64,000 nt of DNA, from assembly GCF_009914755.1 (NCBI RefSeq), contig NC_060931.1; one strand, written 5' to 3'. Positions 52,782 to 64,000 of the stretch are shown piece by piece; position 1 is the first letter of the stretch; each line of letters begins with the position of its first letter. The notes beneath the pieces were generated by a model that was not told the origin of the DNA, did no database searches, and saw only the letters and a program-made list of their open reading frames with translations. A program made the translations under genes and the position numbers. This DNA is from the human T2T-CHM13v2.0 reference genome, Homo sapiens.

Positions 52782-55700
52782 TCATCAGTTTCCATATGTG
52801 CTGGACTGCTCGATGTCTCTGCTTGGTAGAGACCTCTTATGTAAGTTACAGGCATGAGTTGTCTTTGACCCAGAGATGCGCCAGATGTGCCTCCAGGTAC
52901 CCTCAGAACACAGATTGTGGCGACAGGCCCTCCTGATGAAATCGGAGACTTCACACCTTAAGGTAGAGATGATTCCACAGGAAGTCCTCAACAAGGTAAA
53001 GCCGAAGTATCAGCATCCAACCAACCAAGGCGGACAATTAATGTGAATCCAGTAGAAATCAAGCTGAAGGAAGGGACCCAACCTGTTCGAAAGGAACAAT
53101 ATGCCTTAAAGAGGCCCTAGAAGGCATCCAGCTGGTACATTCTGATTCTTGTGGCATGTCTTAATAAGACTTTGTCAGTCTCCATAGAACATGCCCATTC
53201 TTCCAGTAAAGAAATCTCATCCATGCAAGTACAAATTCATGCAAGATATAAGGGTGATCAGTGATACTGTAGAAGACACCCACCCCACTGGGGCCAATCA
53301 ATACACTATTTTTATCTTCCTGTCCAGAGACCATGAATGGTTTAGAGTATTAGATTTGAAGGATGCTTTCTTTTGCATACCAGCGAATGCAGAAAGCCAA
53401 TTATTGTTTGAGTGGACAGACCCTGAAACAGCCACACAATTTCAATATTGTTGGACAGTGCTTCCTCAAGGGTTTAAAAATTCCCCAACTGTATTTGGGG
53501 AAGCACTGGCTCAGAACTTAAGAGACTTACAATTGGAAAATGGGGTACTGCTACGGTATGCGGATGATTTGCTAATCTCCAGCTCCTTGAAGCAAGAATG
53601 TCAGGATAACACTGTAAAAACTCTAAACCATTTGGCAGCCTGTGGGTACAAGGTCTTAAGCAAAAGGGCACAGGGGTACAGATATGCAAACAAACTATGG
53701 GATACCTAAGATTTCTGTTACAGAGAAACCAGAGCCCTGACGGTGGAGAGGCAAAATGCAGTTGCCTCTATCATGACACCCACAACCAGAAAGCAGCTAA
53801 GGGGCTTCCTGGGAAGGGCAGGGTTCTGCAGAATCTGGATTTCCAATTATGGCTGAAGGTAAAGCTGCTATATGAAGTGATAAAAGGGGCCAACCACAAC
53901 CCCTTTAAATGAGAGCTGTAACACCAGAATGCGTTTAAACAATTAAAGCTTAAGATGACATCTACCCCATCTCTGAGGCTGCCAAATCCTCATAAACCCT
54001 TGCAACTTTACGTGCATGAAAGACTGGGTCTGGCACTCGGGATCCTAACACAAAAACTAAAAGAAATATTGCAACCAGTGGCTTATTTGTCAAAAGGATT
54101 GATACAGTGGCAATGGGCTGGCCCCCTTGTCTCAAAGCAGTAGCTGCCGCCTGCTTGTTGCTCAAGGGAGCTGAGAAGCTGACTTTGGGTCAGCCCATCG
54201 TGATTTATGTGCCCCATCAAGCCTGGTGTTATTTGAGCAGAAGGGTGGCTACTGGCTGACGGTTGTCAGATTAGGCTGATATCGGGCCATCCTGCTTGAT
54301 AATCCCGCAGTAAAACTGCAGACCACTGGAGCCTCAAACCCTGCCATTTTGCTGCCACCTACTGGGGAACAAAGGAACTAGTACACAACTGCCTAGAGGT
54401 TATAATCAAGTATTTTCTGGTCTCCCAGATCTAAAGGATGCAGCCCTCCCCTATGTAGACTGGTTGCTGTTCATGGATGGAAGCAGCTTAGTCACCAACA
54501 AAGGAGAAATGCTGCCTATGCTGTAGTAACTCTCTTGGAGGTAATAGAGGCAAGAACACTCCCGACAGGGACTTCTGCGGAAAAGGCTGAGTTAGTCGCT
54601 TTTACCAGAGCCTTGCAACTGTCCCAAGGTGAGAGCACCAATATCTACACTGATTCCAAATATTCCTTCATGATAGTTCATGCACACAGAGCTATTTGGA
54701 AGGAAAGGGGACTGCTAAAAGCTGATAATACTGAAATTTAATATGCTAAGCAAGTGTTGGAGCTGTTGGAAGCAGTAACAGCGTCAAGAAAAATAGCTGC
54801 TATGCATTGTCCAGGCCATAAGAGCAGCGATTTCAAACCAGCTAGGGGGAACACCTTCACCTACTGCACAGCCAGGCATCTAGCCAGCACCAGTGCCAAG
54901 GTCCAGGCACCTTTGATTTCCCAAGTAGATTTGGCAGCTTTCAAACCCCAGTGTAGTTTGAGGATGAAAAGATTGCCAAGGACAAAGGGTTTATTTAAGA
55001 CAAGAAAGGCTGGAAAGTAAATAACAAGGGCCTGGTTTGGGTGCCAGCACACCTTCCTTCAACCCAATGCTAAAATATATTCATGATAGCATGCATTTTG
55101 GATGAGATGCCTCGTTAACTTTTGTGCAAAAATATAGGAAGGAAAAGGCTCACTTAAGAAGTATAATACAACATTGCTACCTTTGCGCTGAAAATGAGAC
55201 CAATAACTATAGCAAAGGACAACCCAGACAACAGGCGAGAGGGAAGCATCTACTAGAAAATTGGCAGATTGACTTTGCTCAAATGCCACTTGCCCCTGGA
55301 AGGTACAAATACCTCTTAGTTGTAGTGGACACTCTCAGGCTGGGTGGAAGCCTACCCATATCATACCGAGTGGCCAACAGAGGTAGTTAAAGTGCAGCTA
55401 AAGAACATCATACCCCGATATGGGCTCCCTGACATTATCCATAGTGACAATGGGCCTTCATTTACCTCGGAAATAACCCAACAAGTAAGCAAAACAGTAG
55501 GAATAAAATGGAAGCTGCACTCGGCATGGAAGCCTCAATCCTCTGGACAGACTGAAAGAATGCATCATACTTTAAAGACAATTCTTGCTAAGCTATGTCA
55601 GGAAGCTCAGTTAAAATGGATTCAGGTACTTGGGATTGCACTACTCTGGGTAAGAATGGCCCCCAGAAATGGGATTAAGTTAAGTTCTTATGAAATTATT

Positions 55701-56115
55701 TTCGGGAGCCCCTTTGTAGCCTTGTCCTGGGTTGCTAGAGTGTCACTGGATACAGAATTAGCTATTAAAACTTATGTCACTCAGGACGAACTCTTAATGA
55801 TTTGCATAAGTTTGCTTCTTAGAGGAATGACACAGATTTTGTAGGAGACCGCCACCCATTTCAGCCTGGTGATCAAGTGCTGCTGAAGGAATGGAGGGAA
55901 GCTGATCCTGCCCAACAACTACAGGAAAAATGGAAAGGGCCCTACGATGTGCTGTTGACTACTGACTTGGCACTGAAGCTGACAGGCATCAAACCCTGGG
56001 TTCATCATATGTGAGTGAAGAAATTCCAGTCACCTGGGGTATCCACAATGGAAACACCTGCAACCACTCAATGGGAAGTGGAGCCCCTAGAGGACTTAAA
56101 GTTTCTATTCAGAAA

Positions 56116-57570
56116 ATGATACAGATTTCTTTTATGCTGTGCTTCCTTTTATACCTCTTACTGTTTCGTTACACACTTGTAACCTCTGTCTACAATGGGC
56201 ACAGGACTATGCAGACAGCCTCCAGCAGGATTCCTGCTGGGTCTGTGGCCTGTTACTGCTTTCTAGTACCACAGGTCTGCCTTGGTGGGTCTCACCTGTG
56301 CAAGGAAAAGATTGGGTGTACCTACAAACTTTTCCAGGAAATTCGAAAACTGGATTGGGTTGCAAATGACTGGGATAACTAAAGCAAATGTGTCAGAATG
56401 GCCCATAAATGAGACTTTAAGTGACCCAGGACACAAAAAGCCATTCTCTTTAATAGAACAAGGGACAAAGTTATAGCATTAGCTACTCCTTTATTAGATT
56501 CAAAAGTGCCCATCCAAACCTTCAAGCCCCAAAATGTTTGATACAAGAATGGCTTTCTTCAAATCTGGGATGGGTGCATTTGGTTAACTGCTTCTACTGG
56601 ACATTTAAGGCAAATAGCTTCCTTGTTCTGGGAGCAATGAAAACATTTCCTTGACCATTGGCCTAATGCAACTCAGATTATAGGATGGATTCCTTCTCAG
56701 TGGTACCAATATATTATAGTACTCCAGCAGAGGGATGTGTTCACCATAGATTGGTCTTAATGGCCTGGCCTAAATTGGTATCCTCCCAACAGGACTTTGC
56801 AGCACCAACCTGTGGCCGCGGCTTCCCTTGGGCTGGTAGGGATGTTGCACTCTAGGCTTCCCATAGGCATAAGGTTGTTAGGTAAAAACCATACAAAATC
56901 TGCCCAATCTTCCACATATGATTAACAGATGGACCAGGTCAGTCTTTCACTGGTACAACCATCAATCTGCAATATTCATGCTCTTAATAGGATTAGAAAA
57001 TGTTATATGGCACATAGAGGCATTAGCCAACTTTACTCAGTGGGCTCTAAGTGACAGCTTCCAAAGCATCTCTCTTATAAATACTGAAATGTATCATATG
57101 TGAAAGGCTATTTTGCAAAATCGAATGGGCTTAGACATTCTTACTGCAGCCCAAGGGGGATCTCATGCCCTCATCAAAACTGAATGCTGTGTGTATATTC
57201 CGAATAATTCTAGGAACATCTTTCTAGTACTAAAGGGTATACGTTAGCAAATTATAGCCATTTCCAGCCCAGTTATCACGAAATGATTGTCTCGCATCAT
57301 GGCTCAGCACAGAACCTTCTTGCTGGCAGGAAGTCCTGGCATTCTTTGCTATTTTCCTAGGCTTAAGTATATCTCTGTGCTGTGTAATGTATTGCTGCTA
57401 TGCGCTGTGTGCTGTTTCACAACATTCCCAAAACTCATGCCATTATGTTTCAGCAGGTGCTGCTGCTAAAAGCCTGAGGCCAATAGTATTTCCAAGAGCA
57501 AATGAACCTCTGCCACTCCAATCCCATGTTCACTGCCCCCTAACAGTGACCCCCCTCAGCAGGAAGTAGC
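56116..57570 (+). pseudogene. env: ERV env relic
   Basis: SU CWVC motif (DSCWVCGLL), cleavage-like RWTR, immunosuppressive domain LQNRMGLDILTAAQGG, ...IKTECCVYIPNNS, and a hydrophobic TM-like stretch. Multiple stops. Confidence 0.88.
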
Positions 57571-57653
57571 CAGAATGATCATGACGTCCCACATCCCTGC
57601 AGTCCCTCCAGCTTAGGCATGATAGAAATCATGCGCAAATTGACAGTGGGGAT

Positions 57654-58285
57654 TGTGGCAGGCCAATTCTTCCTAACAGTCACACAGACAGGCCTCCATA
57701 GCACTCCAGTTATACATTCAAACTACCACAGCATCTGCCTTAACATTAAGGTAGCAGTTAAACCTGGGGAAATTGATGCCCCAACAGCAAAGCCAGAAAT
57801 GAAACATATGTTTGGTAAGAATCTTGCCCAGGCTTCTGAAACTTGAGGCAAGTCAAGATAATAAAGAAAGAAAGCCCTACATTCCTCGTACCAAGACCCA
57901 TCTTGGGTCAGATAAATTTACTGGGGGTCTGAAGCAACTCTCCAGACCCAAACCATAGGTAAGACAGGATGGAAGTAATCACACTGGTACCGGGGCCCTC
58001 ACAAATTAAGTAGATTTAGGGGACATTTATGGGCTCTGATCTTTTAGTTAAAACAAAATTAATCCCCCATAAACTTAGGCGAGTATAATATTACACGTAG
58101 GCATATAGTTTGAAATATATATAAGCACTGGAAGAACTTTAGAATCTTGAGTTGGTCTGGTGAATTATCTCTGACTTTCTCCCTGTACCCAGTTACAGAA
58201 AAAAACTCTCTTCTTTTCCAGTTTGCCTGCATCTTGTTATTGGGTTGCAAGAACATGCAGCTGGACACAGTTCTATCTGGGAACA
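57654..58285 (+). mobile_element. 3' LTR
   Basis: Preceded by aaattgacagtgggga; runs tgtggcaggccaatt...ctgggaaca. Confidence 0.9.
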
Positions 58286-58362
58286 TTAGCCAAAGTTACA
58301 TATGGCTTTGCAAAGGGAAATAGCAAAAATAGTTTATAAGTTGTTTTCTAAGCATTACATTA

Positions 58363-58670
<308 letters not shown>

Positions 58671-58698
58671 TACAAAAAATAAAATAACATAAGCTACT

Positions 58699-59085
<387 letters not shown>

Positions 59086-60827
59086 CTAGTTGGGAAGAAA
59101 ATATCTAAACAATTGCTTCCAGGCATGGGTGGGGTGGGATGACTTAAGTTTCATATTCATGTCTCTCTGAGTGTGATTGATTTTGCATATGTCACATAGA
59201 CAGCTCTGAGCTATTTCTCTTGTCTCACAACACAGAATAAATCAATTCTGAGGACAGACCCCTCTTTTCTCCCAGCTGCCACCATGTTATTTTCACCCAC
59301 TCACGCACATGTGCTCTAGCTCTAGGTAACGACAGGGCCCTGCTTCTCCCAGGACAAACGTACAAACTCAGGAATTGCACCCACAGTGCTTTTGCTCTGT
59401 GGCAACCTAGAGGTTTCCACCAAAAACCCAAACATATGCCTAGAGAACTCCTGGAATATCCTTGCCCCAACACCCTGAATCAGTGGCAGTAATGTGGTCC
59501 CTTTATGCACCTAGGCTTCTGGACCACTTGATTATACTCTCATCCTTATGGAAACAGAAATAAGTCAGAGCATAATCCTGCCTAGGCCAGTATTTGTAGC
59601 ACAAACCAGTCCTTCCAGCAACTCTTCATTGTCCCTCACACGTCTGTCCTAAATAGCATTTTTTTCTCTTCTGACATTTTATTTTCCACAGACTTTATTT
59701 CAAGTGCATACAGTGTGGCCGAGGCTACCCCTCAGGTGCCTGAGTCCAGACTTACTGGAATTCAAATACCCATGAGTTTAAGACCAACTTCCCTGGACTT
59801 GGCTGTTGAAAGCATAAGTACAAATTAGAAATATAAGACTTAATTTTCCAACTTGAAAGTAAGAGTAGAAAATTTGCTCTCCTTCCTTAAAGCATTTAAT
59901 TCAGAAAACTTTTATATTTAATTTTTTCTCTGCCTCTTTGACATATGTGTTAATATTTTTAATGGCTGAACAGTCCTTTTGTTATTTTTTTCTAGGAAAA
60001 GTCTTTCTCTAGGACCTGGAAATGATTGCTCGGAAATGTAAACAGCAAAAAAGTTAGAGCCCTATCGCACAGCTTGCTCCAAGTTTCAAAATTACCTTCT
60101 GTCCCTCCTGGACTTGGGACCATTATTTTTCCTTCAGATATGCCAGTCAGCAACCACAGATGGCCTCCCCAATTACCAGGTGAATTTAGGATAAACTGTA
60201 TATGACACATGGTGCTGTGAAGTGTCCTACTTGAGGACTAATTATGTCTTTCAGTCTGTTATGAGGTTACCTGTAATTTAAATCAGATTCTGGTCTAACT
60301 GTGTAATAATAATTTGCTTTCTATTCTACTTTGGCGAGTGTTTGGGGGAGTTGGAGACAATTAAGTTTTCAGTTACATTTTATGAACACTGTCCAGAATT
60401 GCCAGACACACTATAAACATATGAGGTGCCCACCAGGCTTCACACTAGAGGGGTCCTTTCCACTCAGTAACTCACAGTTGTGCAGCAACATGCATGCTGC
60501 CCCCAAAATCTGCAGGTAGAGTGGTGTCTCTGCCTATTTGGGATCCACAGTCATGTCAGAGCAGTTAGAGCAGGTTTCCACATAAATAACTTCAGAGGAC
60601 AGCAGTCAGCCAGTCTACCTCTTTTTATGCCCTTGGCATTCTTTATACCTGAAACTGGTTCAGAGACCATGGGGCCTCGAAACCCATCCAGGCTCACACA
60701 TGTGCAATAAGTAGCTTTGAGAATCTTAATTCCCCTCATTTTCCTTCTGCCATAATGCTTAGGGAGGCACAGAGTTCACCGCTGCATCCTCACCCTGCTA
60801 AGACCCAAATTGGCATCTTCAAATTCT

Positions 60828-61600
60828 GTATATAGGTCCTAAAAAATGTAAGTTTCATCTGAGAAATGCAAGTAACTTTAATTATCAGGCCCATAGAGAC
60901 ATTAAAAGGAGATTATAATCATGTCCTGCTCCCCTCTTTGAGCTACGTATTTATTTATATATTTATTTATTTATTTATTTATTTTTTTGAGATGGAGTCT
61001 CACTCTGTTGCCCAGGCTGCAGTGCAGTGGTGTGATCTTGGCTCACTGCAACTTCCGCCTCCTGGGTTCAAGTGATTTTCCTGTCTCAGCCTCCTGAGTA
61101 GTTGGGATTACAGGTGCGTGCCACCACGCCTGACTAATTTTTGTATTTTTAATAGAGACGGGGTTTCACCATGTTGGCCAGGCTGGTCTCAAACTGCTGA
61201 CCTCAGGTGATCTGCCCACCTCAGTCTCCCAAAGTGCTGGGATTACAGGTGTGAGCCACTGCACCTGACCTATGTATTCATATCTTGAAACTGCTTGCTT
61301 TTGCTACAAATGACTATACATTAACTAATAATACCACACCTGAAATCGTAGCCTACACCCTATGTAAGCCAATCACTAATCAATATTATTTCTGTAAATC
61401 AATAAGATGTCCTGACAAATAACTTTGTGACAGCCCATGTCCCGTCCTCAATTTTTGCGTTTAAAAATCCACTTGTAACTGCTGCTAGTCAAAGTGCATA
61501 TTCAGGGAAACTTGAATCTATGCTCCCAGGTTGCAATCCTCAAACTTGGCCCAAATAAACTCTCTACTTGTATTACTTTTGCCTCATCTTCTTCCTTAGA
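60828..61600 (+). mobile_element. MER/LTR-type solo LTR interrupted by an Alu
   Basis: LTR-like motifs aagccaatcactaatcaat, tttaaaaatccacttgtaactgctgc, ggcccaaataaactctctact. Confidence 0.6.
60950..61270 (-). mobile_element. AluS with (TTTA)n tail
   Basis: TSD cta(c/t)gtatt. Confidence 0.93.
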
Positions 61601-63339
61601 ATGTGTTACAGGAGTCTCCATGAGGGAATCTCTCCTCTGCTTTTACTCCACTTGCTGTAACCCCCCAAAATGCAGAGACAGGTGGATCCCATCTAAAATC
61701 TGCACACCTGGAATTTACAAGATAGGGTCAGATTTTGGATTGAGGATGTACAGAAAACCCATGGGGCACATTTGTTTCATCATGAGAGAACAACGTAGAA
61801 ATCTTAGTGCTCTTCTTTCAGGGTGAGGTCCTTCAAATTTTCCAGATAATGTTTAGTGACTTGCTATAGTTGTGTGATATGTTCCTGGTGTAAACAGAAT
61901 CTGTAGCAGAATCTGTAAGTTAAACAAGCACCTTAGCAGAAGGATGTTAGGGCCACACAATATCCAGAGCTATGACCACAATTAACCCACCTGTAAACTG
62001 TGTTACTGTAGTAGAGTATTCTTGTTCTTTTTCTTACCCAAGAGTGAGCTGATCACAAACAAGTGATATCACACCTGGATCCAGGGTCTGCAGCTCCACC
62101 AGGGCAGGTTTATTCTTTATTCCGATCATGCAGAGTTAGCTTGAGTCTCTCCTGCCTGGATAACCACGGGGGCTTCAGTCCAGGCTCACTGGGGACCTTC
62201 TCACCAGCACCTGGGAGTCTTTGAGACATTTGGGGATGTGCTGTGCAGATTGGCACAGCTGTGTCAGGCTGACAGCAGGGTCTAATTCTGTTCCCATTTC
62301 AGAGGAAGGGGAATGAATCATCCAGGATTTTTTCCTCCCCTCACAGAAGGAATCTCCTTGGTTGGTACCCAGATGGGTGTTTCTCCAGTTTTCTGGGTAA
62401 TGAACGAGGAGCTCTGGAGACAGATCGATAAATCAATTGCTTCCATTAAAAATGAGCATTAGAAAAAACAGATAAGGCAGTCGCTATCTCTACAATCCTG
62501 GCAGTTTCAGCCTAGAGCACATGGATAAATGGTTGAATTCAGAATTATGGGGTCAGTACAAAGAAGGGAGGTGTACAGGAACTTGGGCTTCCTTTGGGGC
62601 CAATTCCCTTACATTGTTCAGAGTTGTTATGTCACCAGCTGAAGGGCTATTGATGCACAGAACGGTTGTTATTGTTATCATTATTTCTATTGCTTTTACC
62701 TTGCTAAGAATACATGTTTAGCTTATAATTGTGCTAGAAAACCATAGGGGTTTTTGGTTAAATTAACATGTATGTATGTTATTATATGTTATAAAACAGA
62801 CAGAAAATTGGCCAAAATAGATGACAATTCTACAAACTTCAAGTCAAGTTTCCCTTGGACAGACTTAGAAAAGACAGACCTGGAAATACCCCAGCAGCAT
62901 AGAGATGAGAATCCTGTGGCCCCCTCGTTACTCTAGGGCTGCTTAACTCCATCCTCTTCTGAGGCCTCATCCAGGTCTTGCCCCACCCTGGAATCTCCCC
63001 TTACAGACTGATTAAAGGAGATCAGAGTTTTGAGTGGCGGCTTCTGCTGCCTCTCTAGAGCTGCTGCTCACAATTTCCTGAAAGCTAAAAGCAGATAAAT
63101 GAAAGAGAACTCTCTCTCTTTTTTTTTTTTTAAATTAAAACAAGTATTTCTAGAGACATATGCCACCTAGCAACCCGTTCTCTATTCCTGGAGATCCAGT
63201 AGTTGCCCTGCAAGTCACAAAAAAGTAAATATAAATATAACAATTCCTCTAAATTAAGCTTAACCATTCTTTTCTGTATCTCTCCTACTTGTCTAGTTAA
63301 AATTTTATTATATACATTTTCTTTTTAAAATCAGTGTTA

Positions 63340-63646
<307 letters not shown>

Positions 63647-64000
63647 AATTAATGTTAGGAAAACAGAAGAAGAAACAGAAATGCTGGGCTTTTTATCTAA
63701 ATTCTGAGAATCATGGGACACTTAGTACCCACCTCCCATGGTATTATGAGGATTCACTCACATAATGTGAGGTTCCCAGCACTGTGCTCTGTAGCATACT
63801 GTTGAGCACACAGCATATTCTCAGTAAATACTGCACTGATGCATGTACATATGTTCTTTTCCAAATGCAGACTCACTCAGACATTGCTGCCTTCTCCAGC
63901 CTCTTTAAACTTTAAAGGCCAGCAGAGAATGCTATGCTTCAGGATGGTGATTGGTGGTTTTCACTTTGGACCATAAGCATCCGTATTGTGGTAAGAGTGT

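Noticed and set aside
53550-53575. YADD instead of YVDD in the ERV RT as a sign of an unusual reverse transcriptase
   Set aside because: A single GTG>GCG change in a decayed pol explains it; flanking motifs are gammaretroviral.
56116-57570. env as a possible domesticated syncytin-like gene
   Set aside because: It has multiple stops and frameshifts and the first Cys of CX6CC is lost; no long ORF remains.

Overview
This window is hominoid genomic DNA, most likely human: it carries two SVA elements, about 44 Alus, many L1 pieces and ERVs. I found no intact protein-coding gene; almost all supplied ORFs are translations of Alu, SVA, L1 or ERV sequence. Recognisable non-repeat content is (1) an unprocessed, internally deleted CLUH pseudogene with about 12 exon remnants on + (about 2.06-13.0 kb); (2) a processed PRR13 pseudogene inside a CLUH intron, which hosts a nested stack Alu > solo HERV-K LTR5 > full-length SVA; (3) a ZNF91-subfamily KRAB zinc-finger pseudogene with a well-preserved CpG-rich promoter/exon 1 (about 15.7-15.9 kb), no visible KRAB exons, and a decayed zinc-finger exon (about 36.8-39.3 kb); (4) a near full-length gammaretrovirus-like ERV1 provirus (49.3-58.3 kb: LTR-PBS(Arg)-gag-pro-pol-env-LTR, 4-bp TSD) inserted into an older solo LTR. 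Several small templated-insertion and fold-back scars, local duplications and inverted repeats are also visible. Gene identities come from my recollection of the parent protein sequences, not from a database search. Boundaries are read by eye and approximate. I see no convincing new biological system; the findings are structural and evolutionary leads.
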